Notes: generated by a model from the letters alone, not told the origin. Positions 48,228 through 62,626 are shown, counted from the stretch's first letter. The stretch is 64,000 nt of DNA from Alphaproteobacteria bacterium (GCA_965220745.1 CBDCQT010000013.1:864001-928000), one strand, 5' to 3'. Numbers and translations: made by a program.

Positions 48228-50597
48228 ATGTACGTCGGTCAGGCGATTCGGCGCCGGGAGGACGAGCGCTTCCTTCGGGGGCGCGGCCGCTTCGTTGAGG
48301 ACATCACCCTCGATCAGCCCATAGCCCACGCCGCCTTCGTTCGCAGCCCCCATGCCCATGCCGCAGTGACGCGCGTCGAGACCGCGCAGGCCGCGGCCAT
48401 GCCGGGGGTGCTCGCGGTGCTCACCGGCGCGGACTGGACCGCGGCTGGCCACGGCGAGGCCGAGGGCGTCTGGCCGGTCAAGGACATGAGTGGTGCGGAC
48501 TCGCGCACCGCCTACCGGCCGCTTATCTGCGTCGATGGCGTGGTTCGCTGCGTGGGCGAGATCGTCGCCATGGTGGTCGCCGAGGACCGCCACCAGGCCC
48601 TCGATGCCGCCGAGGTCATCGAGGTCGATTACGAGGAGAAGCCGGCCAACACGATCACGGCCAGGGCGCTCGATCCCGACACCCCGCTCGTGCATCCCGC
48701 CTTCGGCACCAATGAGGTGATGGTCACCGAGCACGGCCTGAAGGAGGAGACCGAGGCGGCGCTCGCGAACGCGCATCACGTGACCGAGGTCGTGGTGCCC
48801 ACCAACCGCGTCACCGCCGCCTCGATGGAGCCCCGCGCGTACCTGGGCCACTACGACCAGGTCAACGACCGCTACACGGTGTGGACCACCAACCAGGCGC
48901 CGCACATCGTGCGCCGCTACTTCACCAAATCGCTGCACATTCCCGAGCACAAGCTCAGGGTGATCGCGCCAGATGTCGGCGGCGGCTTCGGGATGAAGCT
49001 CTACCACTATCCCGAGGAGGGGCTGGTGCTGTGGGGCGCGATCGTCTGCGACCGGCCCGTGCGCTGGGTGGGCACGCGCTCCGAGTGCCTGCTGGGGGAC
49101 ACGCACGCCAGGGACCACTACACCGTGGGCCGCATGGGCTTCGACGAGAACGGCAAGATTCTCGGCGTGAAGTTCGAGACCCTTGCCGCCTTCGGCGCCT
49201 ACGAGAGCCAGTGGCAGGCGAGCATCACCAACGCCTATCACTTCACCATGCTCTCGCTCGCCTACGACATCCCGGCGATCCATACCCAGGTGCGCGCGGT
49301 CTACACCAACGCGACTCCGGTGGACGCCTACCGCGGCGCGGGCCGGCCCGAAGCCGTCTATCAGGTCGAGCGCATGATCGAGAACGGCGCCCAGGAGATG
49401 GGCATCGACCCGCTGGAGCTGCGCGCGCGCAACCTGATCCCGCCTGAGAAGTTTCCGTACCAGACCGCTCTCGGCATCACCTACGATTCCGGCGACCCGC
49501 CGGTGCTCATGGAGAAGATCAAGGCGCTCGCCGCCTACGACGCGCTCCGTGCCGAACAGGCCAAGCTCAGGGCGGACGGCCAGTGGATGGGCATCGGCAT
49601 TTCGGCCTTCTTCGACATGGCCGGCGCCGGCCCAGTGAAGATGATGAACGACCTCGGCGCCAAGGTCGGCTGCTACGACGTGGCCAGCGTCCGCGTGCAC
49701 CCGGACGGGCGCATCACCGTGTTCGCCGGCAGCCACAGCCACGGGCAGGGCCACGAGACCACCTGGAGCCAGATCGCGGCCGACCGCCTCGGCTGCGACA
49801 TCGACCACATCGACCTGGTGGAGGGCGATACCGACCGCGTGCCCATGGGGATCGGCACCTGGGGCTCGCGGTCGCTTTCCACCGCCGGCATGGCGGTCTA
49901 CACCGCCGCCGACCGGGTGGTGGCGAAGGCCAAGCGCATGGCGGCGCACATGATGGAGTGCGCGCCCGAAGACCTCGACCTCGCCGATGGCGAATTCACG
50001 GTCAAGGGGACGGACCGCAAGCTCTCGTTCGCGGCCGTGGCCAACGCCTCCTACCATTCCGGCGACCGTCCGTCCGATCTGGAGATCGGCCTGGAGGAGA
50101 CCTCGTTCTTCGACCCCGCCGATTGCACCTATCCTTCGGCCATCCACCTCTGCGTCGTGCTCGTCGATCCCGAGACCTGCGCGGTGACGCTCCGCAACTA
50201 CTGGGCGGTGGACGACGTCGGCACCGTCATCAACCCGATGGTGCTGCACGGGCAGGTCCACGGCGGGCTGGTCCAGGGCATCGGCCAGGCGTTGATGGAG
50301 GAATGCGCCTACGATGCCGAGAGCGGCCAGTATCTCTCGGGCACCTTCATGGATTACGCCATACCCCATGCGGAGGACGTGCCGTCTTTCGGCCTCGATG
50401 CGCATTTCACGCGGGCGCTGGGCAACCCGCTTGGGGCCAAGGGGGCGGGAGAGAGCGGCACCATCGGCGCGCCGGCCTGCATCTGCAACGGGGTGGTCGA
50501 CGCGCTCTGGCATCTCGGCGTGCGGCAGATCACGCAGCCGATGACGCCCAGGAAGATCTGGCGTGCCATCGAGGACGCGAAGCGGGCGCAGCACTAG
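48228..50597 (+). CDS. Molybdenum hydroxylase set 2, large subunit (form II CoxL-like)
   Basis: MEPR, TTNQ, GGGFGMK, AYRGAGRPE, HGQGHET, GQVHGG, KGAGE. Confidence 0.92.
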   Translation: MYVGQAIRRREDERFLRGRGRFVEDITLDQPIAHAAFVRSPHAHAAVTRVETAQAAAMPGVLAVLTGADWTAAGHGEAEGVWPVKDMSGADSRTAYRPLICVDGVVRCVGEIVAMVVAEDRHQALDAAEVIEVDYEEKPANTITARALDPDTPLVHPAFGTNEVMVTEHGLKEETEAALANAHHVTEVVVPTNRVTAASMEPRAYLGHYDQVNDRYTVWTTNQAPHIVRRYFTKSLHIPEHKLRVIAPDVGGGFGMKLYHYPEEGLVLWGAIVCDRPVRWVGTRSECLLGDTHARDHYTVGRMGFDENGKILGVKFETLAAFGAYESQWQASITNAYHFTMLSLAYDIPAIHTQVRAVYTNATPVDAYRGAGRPEAVYQVERMIENGAQEMGIDPLELRARNLIPPEKFPYQTALGITYDSGDPPVLMEKIKALAAYDALRAEQAKLRADGQWMGIGISAFFDMAGAGPVKMMNDLGAKVGCYDVASVRVHPDGRITVFAGSHSHGQGHETTWSQIAADRLGCDIDHIDLVEGDTDRVPMGIGTWGSRSLSTAGMAVYTAADRVVAKAKRMAAHMMECAPEDLDLADGEFTVKGTDRKLSFAAVANASYHSGDRPSDLEIGLEETSFFDPADCTYPSAIHLCVVLVDPETCAVTLRNYWAVDDVGTVINPMVLHGQVHGGLVQGIGQALMEECAYDAESGQYLSGTFMDYAIPHAEDVPSFGLDAHFTRALGNPLGAKGAGESGTIGAPACICNGVVDALWHLGVRQITQPMTPRKIWRAIEDAKRAQH

Positions 50598-50624
50598 GCC
50601 GGGAGCAATCGCGGGGGAGAGGCG

Positions 50625-51098
50625 ATGGCAGGGGTTTCAGTAACCTTCAGCGTGAACGACCGGGAAGTCACGGCGACGGTTGATCCACGCACCCTCCTGG
50701 TCCACTTCCTGCGCGAGCATCTCAAGCTCACGGGCACCCATATCGGCTGCGACACGAGCCAGTGCGGCGCCTGCACGGTGCACCTGGACGGCAGGCCGGC
50801 GAAATCCTGCGCGCTGCTGGCGGTGCAGATGGAGGGTGCCGAAGTGACCACCATCGAAGGGGTCGCCGGGCCGGACGGAATGCACCCGATGCAGGCCGCC
50901 TTCAAGGAGCATCACGGCCTGCAATGCGGCTTCTGCACTCCCGGCATGGTGATGATGGGGATCGACATCGCGAACCGCCACGAGGCGCCGGACGAGGCGA
51001 CCATCCGCCGCGAGCTGGAAGGCAACCTCTGTCGATGTACGGGCTACCACAACATCGTCGCGTCGATTGCGGCCGGCGCGAGTTCGATGCGGGGCTAA
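50625..51098 (+). CDS. Molybdenum hydroxylase set 2, 2Fe-2S small subunit
   Basis: [27 protein letters not shown]. Confidence 0.95.
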   Translation: MAGVSVTFSVNDREVTATVDPRTLLVHFLREHLKLTGTHIGCDTSQCGACTVHLDGRPAKSCALLAVQMEGAEVTTIEGVAGPDGMHPMQAAFKEHHGLQCGFCTPGMVMMGIDIANRHEAPDEATIRRELEGNLCRCTGYHNIVASIAAGASSMRG

Positions 51099-51110
51099 GG
51101 AGAGGGGGCG

Positions 51111-51914
51111 ATGTATCCGTTCACCTACCACCGGCCTGCCTCGCTCGACGACGCCAAGGCCCGCCTCGCCGCGAGTGAGGACGGCCGCCCGCTCGCCGGC
51201 GGCATGAGCCTGCTCCCGACCATGCGCTTCCGCCTCACCTCGTGTGCGGACCTGGTCGATCTCAACGGCATCGAGTCGCTGGCCGGGATCGAGCGGGGAG
51301 ACGGTCACGTGCGGATCGGCGCGATGACGCGGCACGTAGCGGTCGCGGAGTCAGCAGAGGTGGGGGAGGCGATCCCGGCGCTTGCGGCGCTCGCGGGCTC
51401 GATCGGCGACGTGCAGGTGCGCAATCGCGGCACCATCGGCGGCTCGATCTGCTTCGCCGACCCGGCGGCGGACTACCCGGCCGGCCTGCTCGGCCTCGGC
51501 GCCACGGTCAACACCGACCGGCGCGCCATCGCCGCCGACGATTTCTTCACCGGGCTCTACGAGACCGCGCTGGAGGATGGCGAGATCGTGGTCTCGGTCG
51601 ATTTCCCAGTGCCTGAACGCGCGGGCTGGGCCAAGTTCGGCAACCAGGCTTCGCGGTTCGCGATCGTCGCGGTGATGGTATCGCAGGCTGCGGGCGGCGC
51701 TGTGCGCCTCGCGGTGACCGGCGCCAAGTCCCACGTCTTTCGCATGACGGAGATGGAGCAGGCGCTCGCTGGAGACTTTTCCGCAGAGGCCCTCGACGGC
51801 ATCGCGATTCCGAGCGAGGGGCTCAACGAGGACCTTCATGCCGATAAGGACTACCGCGCCCACCTCGTCGGCGTGATGGCGAAGCGCGCCGTCCGCGACG
51901 CCCCCGCACGATGA
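51111..51914 (+). CDS. Molybdenum hydroxylase set 2, FAD-binding subunit
   Basis: MYPFTYHRP, LAGGMSL, VRNRGTIGGS, ASRFA. Confidence 0.92.
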   Translation: MYPFTYHRPASLDDAKARLAASEDGRPLAGGMSLLPTMRFRLTSCADLVDLNGIESLAGIERGDGHVRIGAMTRHVAVAESAEVGEAIPALAALAGSIGDVQVRNRGTIGGSICFADPAADYPAGLLGLGATVNTDRRAIAADDFFTGLYETALEDGEIVVSVDFPVPERAGWAKFGNQASRFAIVAVMVSQAAGGAVRLAVTGAKSHVFRMTEMEQALAGDFSAEALDGIAIPSEGLNEDLHADKDYRAHLVGVMAKRAVRDAPAR

Positions 51915-52768
51915 AACCCGCTCGCTTCCGCTACCTGCGCGCCGCCAGTGTGGACGATGCGCTGCAGGCGCTCGCCGACAACCCCGACGCGCAAATTCTG
52001 GCCGGCGGCCAGAGCCTGATCGCCATGATGAACCTCAGGCTGGTGAAGCCCGCCTGCCTGATCGACATCAACCGGATTTCGAATATCGGACACATCGATG
52101 AAGACGGCGACGGCGTCGCCATCGGCGCGCTGGCTCGGCACAACGATGTGAAGCACTCGCCGCTGATCCGGGAGCGCTGCCCGCTGCTGACCGAGGCTTA
52201 CGAGTCGATCGCGCACCACACTGTGCGCAATCGCGGCACGCTCGGCGGCAATCTTTGCCACGCCGATCCCTCGTCGGAGACGCCGGCGGTGATGGTGGCG
52301 ATGGGTGCCACGTTGGTGCTGCAGAGCGTGCACGGCAGGCGCGAGGTCGGGGCGCAGGATTTCTTCCTCGGCACCTACGAAACGGCGCGGCAGCAGGACG
52401 AGATGCTGGTCGAGATTCGCATTCCCGGTCGCGGTGCCGATGGCTGGGCCTTCGCCGAGATCAGCAACCGGCACGGCGACTTCGCCATCGCCGTGATCGC
52501 GACGACGCTGCGGCTCGCGAACGGGAGCTGCGAGGCGGCCCGCGTTGTGGTGAGCGGGGTCGGCGAGCACGCTGCGCGGCTCAGGCCAGCGGAGGATGCG
52601 CTCATCGGCGGGCCGATCGACGATGCGCGCCTCGATGCCGCTGCGGCAGCCGCCGCGGGCGCGGTCGATCCGCACAGCGACAGCCATGCCGATGCCGCCT
52701 ATCGGCGGGACGCGATTGCTGCGCTGACCAAGCGGACCGTGCGCCGGGCCGCCGAGCGCTGCGGCTGA
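51911..52768 (+). CDS. Molybdenum hydroxylase set 3, FAD-binding subunit
   Basis: MKPARFRY, AGGQSL, VRNRGTLGGN, RHGDFA; ATGA overlap with the preceding gene. Confidence 0.92.
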   Translation: MKPARFRYLRAASVDDALQALADNPDAQILAGGQSLIAMMNLRLVKPACLIDINRISNIGHIDEDGDGVAIGALARHNDVKHSPLIRERCPLLTEAYESIAHHTVRNRGTLGGNLCHADPSSETPAVMVAMGATLVLQSVHGRREVGAQDFFLGTYETARQQDEMLVEIRIPGRGADGWAFAEISNRHGDFAIAVIATTLRLANGSCEAARVVVSGVGEHAARLRPAEDALIGGPIDDARLDAAAAAAAGAVDPHSDSHADAAYRRDAIAALTKRTVRRAAERCG

Positions 52769-52781
52769 AGAGGGGCGCACC

Positions 52782-53260
<479 letters not shown>

Positions 53261-53264
<4 letters not shown>

Positions 53265-55723
53265 CCGATCGCGGCCACATCCCCGAGAGCCGGCAGCGCG
53301 AGAAGCCGCGCGCCGACCTGCAATGGATCGGCAAGAGCATGAAGCGGGTGGAGGACCCGCGCCTCCTCGTCGGCAAGGGCATCTATGCCGACGACATCAA
53401 CATGCCGGAGATGGCGCACGCCGCCGTGCTGCGCAGCCCCCACGCCCATGCACGGATCGTCTCCATCGACGTGAGCAAGGCGGCCGCGCTCCCCGGCGTG
53501 CTCTGCGTGATGACCGGCGCCGATGCGGCGCAAGTCTGCGATCCGCTGCCCACATGGGCGAGCCCGCCGGTGCTCCAGCCCGCGATCGCTCACGATCGCG
53601 TGCGCCATGTTGGCGAGGCGGTGGCAGCGGTGGCGGCGGAGGATCGCTACATCGCCGAGGATGCCTGTGACCTGATCGAGGTCGAGTACGAGCCGCTGCC
53701 TCCTGTCGTGGATCCCGAGGAGGCGCTGACATCCACGGGCGATGCCGTGCTGCATCCCGAGCGCGGCGACACCAACATCGGGCTCGAGCGCACGCTCTCC
53801 TTCGGGCCGGTGGAGGAGGATTTCGCCGCCGCCGACCTGGTGATCGAGCGCCGCTTCCGCTGGCCGCGTTCGGGCGGACAGCCGCTGGAGACGGTGGGCG
53901 CGGTCGCGAGCTTCGACGACGGCGCGGGGCGTTTCACAATCCAGTGCAACACCTCGATGTACAACTATTGCGGCTGGATGATCGCGAGCACGCTCCGCGT
54001 CGCGCCTCACAAGCTCAACATCGTGCCGACGCTCGCGGGCGGCAGCTTTGGCAGCAAGATGTTCGTCCACAAGGTCCCGGTGCTGGCGGCGGTGCTGGCG
54101 CGCGCGGTGGGACGGCCGGTCAAGTTCATGGAAGACCGGATCGACAACACCACGAGCTGCGATAACCACGCGTCCGACCGGGTCTACTACGCCAAACTCG
54201 CGCTCAATCGGGACGGCACGCTGCTCAGCCTGATGACCCGAATCATCGACGATTACGGCGCCTATCTGCAGTTTGGCGTGGGCCAGCATGGCAACGCGCT
54301 CTCGCAATGCGTAGGCCCCTACCGCATCAACAGCGTCGAGGTCGACCTCGCCGCCGTGCTCACCAACAAGTGCCAGCAGGGCGCCTATCGCGGCTTCGGC
54401 TCCGAGGTGGCGAACTTCGTCATCGAGCGACTAGTGGACGCGGCGGCGGACGAGCTCGGAGTCGACCGGATCGCGCTCCGGCGGCAGAACTTCATCCAGC
54501 CCGACCAGTTCCCCTACCTGATCCCGACCGGGAACATGTACGACAGCGGCAACTATCAGGCGGTCCTCGACGAGACCCTAAAGTTGGCCGACGTGGAGGG
54601 CTGGCGGGCGAAGCAGGCCGAGGCGCGGGCGCAGGGCCGATACATCGGCATCGGCGTCGCCACCTGCCAGGAGCGGAGCGTCTTCAGCGCCACCGAGTTC
54701 TGGATGTGGAACCTGGAGCCCGGCGTCGAGTGGACCAGCTCGCCCGACGGGGTCTCGGTCAAGATCGACCCTACCGGCAAGGCCTTCGTCACCCTGCACT
54801 CACCCTTCTGGGGCAACAGCCCGGAGACGGTGGCAGCGCAAGTGCTGGCCGAGCAGCTCACCATCGATCCGGCTGACATCGAGATCACCTATTCGGACAC
54901 CGACCAGGGCCTCAACTCGACCGGGCCGGGCGGCAGCCGGTTCACCGTCATGGTGACCGGCGCCATCGTCGGTGCCGCCGGCAAGATCCGCGAGAAGCTG
55001 CTCCGCATCGCCGCCCATCTGATGGAGGCCGATGTTCGCGATCTCACGCTTGAGGACGGTGCCGTGCACGTCAAAGGCGTGCCCGACATGAAGATGAGCA
55101 TCGCCGAGCTTGCCGACAAGGCGCACTACTACCGGCTCAGCATGCCCGAGGATCTCGACCTCACCAGCGGGCTCGACGCCACCTATGTCTACGACCACCC
55201 GGTGACCACGCTCCCGGACCCCGACGAGCGGCACATGGGCATCTTCTATCCGATCATGGGCCACAGCTGTCACATCCCCGTGGTCGAGGTGGATATCGAG
55301 ACCGGGCAGGTGCACTTCCTCCACTACGCCGCCGTGCACGACTGCGGCACGATGGTGAACCCGATGACGCTGGAGGGGCACATCAGAGGCGGCACGGTGA
55401 ACGGGATCGGCACGGCGCTCTTCGAGGAGTTCAGCTACGACGAGGCCGGCCAGCTGACCACCGCGCTCTGGACCGATTACCTAATCCCGACCATCAAGGA
55501 GTCGCCGGCCGACATCGTCGTGGGCCACGTGGAGACGCCGTCTCCGTTCACCGAGTACGGTGTGAAGGGCGGCGGAGAGGGCGGGCGCATGGGCGGCCCG
55601 CCGGCGATCGCGGCGGCCATCGAGGACGCGCTCAAGCCCCTGGGCGTCACCATCGACAGCCTGCCGCTGCCGCCGAGCAAGCTCCGCGCCCTCATCCGCG
55701 AGGCTCAGGCGCGTAGCGCTTGA
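53261..55723 (+). CDS. Molybdenum hydroxylase set 3, large subunit (paralog of set 1, AYRGFG type)
   Basis: IPESRQREKP N-terminus, GGSFGSK, AYRGFG, KGGGEG; colinear with 44222..46693. Confidence 0.92.
54660..54713 (+). repeat. 54-nt exact repeat (copy 2)
   Basis: Identical to 45624-45677. Confidence 0.85.
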
Positions 55724-56616
55724 TCCTGCCCGGCGTCCGGGCCTTCCGATCCGAAGTGTGCCGCCTCCCAGCCCAGCATGACCCGCTTGCGGGAGCGCCC
55801 CCACTCGTAGTTCGAGATGACGCCCGAGCGCCGGATCACCCGGTGGCAGGGGATCAGATACGAGATCGGGTTGGCGGCGACGGCCCCGCCCACCGCGCGC
55901 GCTGAGCGGGGCAGACCCAACGCCTGCGCGAGCGCGTGGTACGACGTGATGCGACCGGGCGGGATTCGCAGCAGCGCCTCCCACACCTTGAGTTGGAAGT
56001 TGGTGCCGCAGAGCGCGAGCCGGAGGGGTTCGGTGGCCGTCGCCCGCCTACCATCGAAAATGCGTGCGACCACGGGTTCGGTTGTGGCTCGATTTTCGTG
56101 GAAGCGCGCGGCGGGCCAGCGGCATTCGAACTCGGCGCGGACGGCTTGGGCATCGCTCCTGTGATCATCGGCGAAGCCGAGAGCGCAGATGCCGCGTTCG
56201 GTCTGCCCGATGAAGCAGGGGCCGAAGGGGCTCGGGTGCACGCCGTACGAAATTTTCACGCCGTTGCCGCCCTGCTTGAAGGCACCGGGGCTCATCGCCT
56301 CGTAGGTGACGAAGAGATCGTGCAGCCGGGAGGGGCCGGAGAGGCCGGCGTCATAGGCAGTATCGAGGACCGAGGCCGCGGCTTCCAGCTGCGCCTTGGC
56401 ATAGTCCAGCGTGAGGAACTGGCCGAAGCGCTTGGGCGAAATGCCTGCCCAGCGGCGGAACATGCGCTGGAAGTGGTGGCAGCTGAGACCAGCCTCCCGC
56501 GCCACGTCGTCGAGGCTCGGTTGATCGCGGAAGTGCTCCTCCAGGTAGAGGATCGCGGCTTCGATGCGGGCGTAGTCGCGCGCATTCTGGGCGATGTCCG
56601 AGGATGTGGATGTCAT
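55705..56616 (-). CDS. AraC-HTH plus O6-methylguanine-DNA methyltransferase (Ada-like)
   Basis: HFQRMF.RWAGISPKRF HTH, GTNFQ.KVW, IPCHRV active site. Confidence 0.92.
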   Translation of the reverse strand: MTSTSSDIAQNARDYARIEAAILYLEEHFRDQPSLDDVAREAGLSCHHFQRMFRRWAGISPKRFGQFLTLDYAKAQLEAAASVLDTAYDAGLSGPSRLHDLFVTYEAMSPGAFKQGGNGVKISYGVHPSPFGPCFIGQTERGICALGFADDHRSDAQAVRAEFECRWPAARFHENRATTEPVVARIFDGRRATATEPLRLALCGTNFQLKVWEALLRIPPGRITSYHALAQALGLPRSARAVGGAVAANPISYLIPCHRVIRRSGVISNYEWGRSRKRVMLGWEAAHFGSEGPDAGQDQALRA

Positions 56617-56698
56617 GGCGGCCCTCCTGAGCCGCCAATCTATGGAGCGCGCAGGCGCCGGGCCACCCGATAGTTGCGTTGGGATCACATCCAAATTA

Positions 56699-56710
56699 AT
56701 GTAGTAACAT
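56699..56710 (+). promoter_or_regulatory. Palindrome over the TA promoter, putative BrnA operator
   Basis: ATGT-agta-ACAT in an AT-rich patch 5 nt before the toxin ATG. Confidence 0.45.
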
Positions 56711-56715
56711 AAATA

Positions 56716-56985
56716 ATGTTAGTAGAGTTCGATTCGGCGAAGCGCGCCGCCACTCTCCAGAGCAGGGGACTGGACATGGCACGCGCCGGAGAGGTGCTGG
56801 CGGGAGCCACGCTGACCGCACAGGACGACCGACGAGACTACGGCGAGGATCGCTTCATCACCATCGGGTTCCTCGACGACGCAATGGTGGTCCTGGTCTG
56901 GACGCCGCGCTATGGCGCGCATCGCATCATTAGCATGAGGAAAGCCAATGAAAGAGAACGAGCATTCTACGGTCCGCGATTCTGA
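56716..56985 (+). CDS. brnT: BrnT family toxin
   Basis: EFDSAK, DDRRDYGEDRF.TIG, VVLVWT.R, RIISMRKANERE. Confidence 0.9.
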   Translation: MLVEFDSAKRAATLQSRGLDMARAGEVLAGATLTAQDDRRDYGEDRFITIGFLDDAMVVLVWTPRYGAHRIISMRKANERERAFYGPRF

Positions 56986-57205
56986 TCCCGATGACGCGCC
57001 GGACCTTACTCGGGATGGCTGGCCGGAGAAGTTCGCCAAGGCGAAAGTTCGCCGGGGCCGCCCGCCGGTCGCCAAGCCGAAGGTGTCGACCACGATCCGC
57101 CTCTCGCCGGAGGTGATCGATTACTTCAAGGCCGGCGGCCGTGGGTGGCAAACACGAATCGACGAGGCGCTTCGCGACTGGATCGGGAAGCAAGGCGCTG
57201 CATGA
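56948..57205 (+). CDS. brnA: BrnA family antitoxin
   Basis: DPDDAPDLT, RGRP, TIRLSPEVIDYFKA.GRGWQTRI..AL. Confidence 0.9.
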   Translation: MKENEHSTVRDSDPDDAPDLTRDGWPEKFAKAKVRRGRPPVAKPKVSTTIRLSPEVIDYFKAGGRGWQTRIDEALRDWIGKQGAA

Positions 57206-57224
57206 TCGTTACCGCCCGCGGCGT

Positions 57225-58025
57225 CTATGTCGTGGGCGTCAGGGTTACCCCGTGATTGACCGGCCCGTGGCCGGCGCCATAGCCCGGCGCCGCCTCGATC
57301 GCCGCTCTTAGATAGTGGCGTGCCCGCGCCACGGCATCGATGAGGCCCATGCCCTGCGCGATGCCCGTGGCGATGGCGGAAGCTAGTGTGCAACCCGTGC
57401 CGTGGGTGTGGCGGCTCTCGATCCTCTGTGCATGGAAGCGTTCAATCCCGCCCACGTGACTGAGCAAGTCGGTAATCTCGTCCGACTCAAGGTGACCGCC
57501 CTTAACCAAGACCGCCTTCGGTCCGAGTTCGTGGATTCGTTCGGCGGCGCGCGCCATGTCGTCCGCCGTGGCAATGGTGAGCCCCGTCAGTCGCTCCGCC
57601 TCCGGAATATTAGGCGTCACGAGGTCGGCCCGGCCGATGAGCGCGGTCTCCAGCGCGCGCATCGCCGAGGCCTCAAGCAGCGAGGCCCCGCCCTTGGCCA
57701 CGAGCACGGGATCGACCACCAGGGGGATGCCCTCACCGTAACGCGCCGCGGCGTCGGCGACCGCCTCGATGATGGGCGCGCTGTGGATCATTCCGGTCTT
57801 GATGCAGTCGGCGCCGATGTCGGCCAGCACGACGCGCATCTGCTCGGCGACGAATTCCGCCGGCACCGCGTGGACTGCGTGGACCGTGCGCGTGTCCTGT
57901 GCAGTGAGCGCGGTGATGGCGGTTGAGGCGTAGCCGCCGAGCACGGTCACGGTCTTGATGTCGGCCTGGATGCCGGCGCCGCCGCCCGAATCGGAGCCGG
58001 CGACGATCAGCACACGACCCTTCAT
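57225..58025 (-). CDS. thiD: Hydroxymethylpyrimidine/phosphomethylpyrimidine kinase
   Basis: [33 protein letters not shown]. Confidence 0.97.
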   Translation of the reverse strand: MKGRVLIVAGSDSGGGAGIQADIKTVTVLGGYASTAITALTAQDTRTVHAVHAVPAEFVAEQMRVVLADIGADCIKTGMIHSAPIIEAVADAAARYGEGIPLVVDPVLVAKGGASLLEASAMRALETALIGRADLVTPNIPEAERLTGLTIATADDMARAAERIHELGPKAVLVKGGHLESDEITDLLSHVGGIERFHAQRIESRHTHGTGCTLASAIATGIAQGMGLIDAVARARHYLRAAIEAAPGYGAGHGPVNHGVTLTPTT

Positions 58026-59422
58026 TGCGCCGCGGCGCCCGTGCGCTCCCCCGCGTGTTCCGCCTCGGCCGCTGCGACCACGGCTTCGGCGACATCGTCG
58101 ACCACTTCAGCGACCAGCGCTTCATCGTCCCCTTCGGCCATCACACGGATGACGGGCTCGGTGCCGGACGCGCGAATGACCAGGCGGCCGCGCTCGCCGA
58201 GCCGCGCGTTGCCATCCGCGATCGCCGCTTTAGCCGCGGCGCTCTCAAGCGCTCCGGTGCCGGCGACGCGGACGTTGCGGAGCATTTGGGGGACGGATTC
58301 GAAAAGACCGGTCACGTCACCGGCTCGGCGCCCCGTCGCCGCGAGCGCCGCCAAGGTTTGGAGAGCGGCCATCAAGCCGTCGCCGGTGGTCGCATGGTCG
58401 CTCATGACGATGTGGCCCGACTGCTCGCCGCCCAAGTTGAACCCGTGCTCCCGCATGTGCTCGACGACGTAGCGATCGCCGACGCGGGTGCGCTCCAGGG
58501 TGAGCCCAATGTCTCCGAGGTAGCGCTCCAGGCCCAGATTGGACATGACGGTCGCGACCACGCCGCCGCCTCTCAGCCGTCCCGCCGAGGCCCAACTCGA
58601 CGCGATCAGCGCGAGGATGTAATCGCCGTCGATCACCGCGCCATTCTCGTCACAGATCACGACCCGGTCGGCGTCGCCGTCCAGCGCAATCCCGATATCC
58701 GCGCCGCGTTCCAAGACTGTGCGGACGAGTGCGGCCGTGTCGGTCGAGCCGCAGTCCTGGTTGATGTTGAAGCCATCGGGCTCGGCGCCGATGGTGACGA
58801 CCTCGGCACCAAGCTCCCACAGCACGGTCGGGGCCACTTTGTAGGCGGCGCCGTGGGCGCAGTCGATCACGATGCGCCTGCCTTCGAGACCCAGCGGCTG
58901 CGGGAAGCTGTTCTTGACGAACTCGATGTAGCGGCCCTCGGCGTCGTCGAGGCGGCGTGCCCGCCCCAGCGCCGGCGGCGCCGCCAGTCCGTGCGCGCCG
59001 GAATCGACTGATGCCTCGATGCGTGCCTCCGTCTCGTCCGAAAGCTTGTAGCCGTCCGGCCCGAACAGCTTGATGCCGTTGTCGGCGAAGAGGTTGTGAG
59101 AGGCGGAGATCATCACGCCGAGATCGGCCCGGAGCGCGCGGGTCAGCATCGCCACGGCGGGCGTCGGCATGGGGCCCACCAGGATCACGTCCACGCCCAC
59201 CGAGATGAAGCCCGCCGTCAGCGCCGGCTCGAACAAGTAGCCCGAGAGCCGCGTGTCCTTGCCGATGACCACGCGATGCCGGTGGTCGCCGCGCACGAAG
59301 AGACTGCCGGCGGCAGCGCCCACCTTCATCGCGGTCTCGGCGGTCATCGGCTCCTGGTTCGCGATGCCACGAATGCCGTCGGTACCGAAGAGCGAGCGTG
59401 GCGCTCCACCGGCGCGGCTCAC
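58022..59422 (-). CDS. glmM: Phosphoglucosamine mutase
   Basis: [32 protein letters not shown]; GTG start overlapping the folP stop is assumed. Confidence 0.95.
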   Translation of the reverse strand: MSRAGGAPRSLFGTDGIRGIANQEPMTAETAMKVGAAAGSLFVRGDHRHRVVIGKDTRLSGYLFEPALTAGFISVGVDVILVGPMPTPAVAMLTRALRADLGVMISASHNLFADNGIKLFGPDGYKLSDETEARIEASVDSGAHGLAAPPALGRARRLDDAEGRYIEFVKNSFPQPLGLEGRRIVIDCAHGAAYKVAPTVLWELGAEVVTIGAEPDGFNINQDCGSTDTAALVRTVLERGADIGIALDGDADRVVICDENGAVIDGDYILALIASSWASAGRLRGGGVVATVMSNLGLERYLGDIGLTLERTRVGDRYVVEHMREHGFNLGGEQSGHIVMSDHATTGDGLMAALQTLAALAATGRRAGDVTGLFESVPQMLRNVRVAGTGALESAAAKAAIADGNARLGERGRLVIRASGTEPVIRVMAEGDDEALVAEVVDDVAEAVVAAAEAEHAGERTGAAAQ

Positions 59423-60537
59423 CGGAGTATCTCCTGTACTGCTGCCTCGGGGTCGCGAATGCCTCGCCACATCGCGAGCGCTTGGCGGGTTTCGGCAACG
59501 TCATGCACGCGCAGGATGTGGGCGCCTTCGCCGAGCGCGTGCAGTCCCGCCGCCAGCGAGCCCGGCAGCCGTGCCTTTGGCGCCTCGCCCGCACTGAGCC
59601 GCCCGATAAAACTCTTGCGCGATGCGCCGACGAGCAACGGGCAGCCCAGGCCGTGGAACAGCGCGATATCGCGCAGGACTTCGAGATTGTGGCGCACCGT
59701 CTTGCCGAAGCCGATGCCTGGATCGACGATGATCCGCGCGCGGGGGATGCCGGAGGCTTCCGCTGCGCTCATGTGGGCGGCCAGCGCATCGAACACATCG
59801 AGGCTCGCGTCCTCGTAGCGGGGCTCGCGCTGCATGGTCTCCGGCGTGCCCTGCATGTGGCTGAGCACGACCCAAGCGCCGTGCCGGGCGACGACCGCGC
59901 ATGCCTGCGGATCGTGGCTGAGCGCGCTGATGTCGTTCACGACCCGCGCACCGGCATTGAGTGCGGCATCCATCACCGTAGCGCGGCGGGTATCGACCGA
60001 GACCAGAATTCCTTCTTCGGCGAGGGCACGAATCACCGGGATCACCCGGCGAAGTTCCTCCGCCTCGCTCGGTGCCTGCGAGCCAGGTCGGGTCGACTCG
60101 CCGCCGACGTCGATGATGTCGGCGCCGGCTGCGGCCATGGCGCCGCCGTGCGCGATCGCGTCGTCTTCGGCCGCGAAGTCGCCGCCGTCGGAGAAGCTGT
60201 CAGGCGTCACGTTTAGGACGCCCATCAGGCGTGGCCGGTCGAGCACGAGCCCGCAGACCGGACTACGAGGCGCGCTCAGGCGGGCGCTGAGCTGTGCGAT
60301 TTCGTCGGCTGCGCCTGGCGCGTTCTTCTCGGCCCAGCGCGAGAGCACGGCTTGTTGCAGCCTGATCCGACGGCGCGCAGGTGTGCCCCGAAAGAGCACG
60401 TCCACCAGGTCGAAGGTGAGCGCCTCACCGGGGACCGGGTTACAAGGCCGCAAGTAGACGCTGCCGACGCGAGGCTCCGGCAACGCGCCTTCGGCGTCTT
60501 CTCGTTCAGAATGTCTCAGAGGTACCGCCGCCGGCAT
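59419..60537 (-). CDS. folP: Dihydropteroate synthase
   Basis: [44 protein letters not shown]. Confidence 0.97.
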   Translation of the reverse strand: MPAAVPLRHSEREDAEGALPEPRVGSVYLRPCNPVPGEALTFDLVDVLFRGTPARRRIRLQQAVLSRWAEKNAPGAADEIAQLSARLSAPRSPVCGLVLDRPRLMGVLNVTPDSFSDGGDFAAEDDAIAHGGAMAAAGADIIDVGGESTRPGSQAPSEAEELRRVIPVIRALAEEGILVSVDTRRATVMDAALNAGARVVNDISALSHDPQACAVVARHGAWVVLSHMQGTPETMQREPRYEDASLDVFDALAAHMSAAEASGIPRARIIVDPGIGFGKTVRHNLEVLRDIALFHGLGCPLLVGASRKSFIGRLSAGEAPKARLPGSLAAGLHALGEGAHILRVHDVAETRQALAMWRGIRDPEAAVQEILR

Positions 60538-60553
60538 GACGGCTCAGGTGCCG

Positions 60554-62482
<1,929 letters not shown>

Positions 62483-62626
62483 CGTTCGGCCTCCGATTGT
62501 CCTCGCGTTCGTCTACGGCCGACGCCGTCAGCGGCAAAGCAACCCGCGTGCAATCCACACGCGTAGCCGCTGCAGTGTACACGACATTCGCCGCGCGGAC
62601 GATCAATAGTCTCTTCAACGGTTTCG

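Noticed and set aside
55705-56616. Ada-like protein lacking the N-terminal Zn domain, with a 19-nt convergent overlap with the large-subunit gene
   Set aside because: The AraC-HTH plus methyltransferase architecture is widespread, and short tail-to-tail overlaps are common.
60240-60537. About 100-aa N-terminal extension on FolP
   Set aside because: Such extensions are, to my knowledge, common in alphaproteobacterial FolP; not treated as novel.
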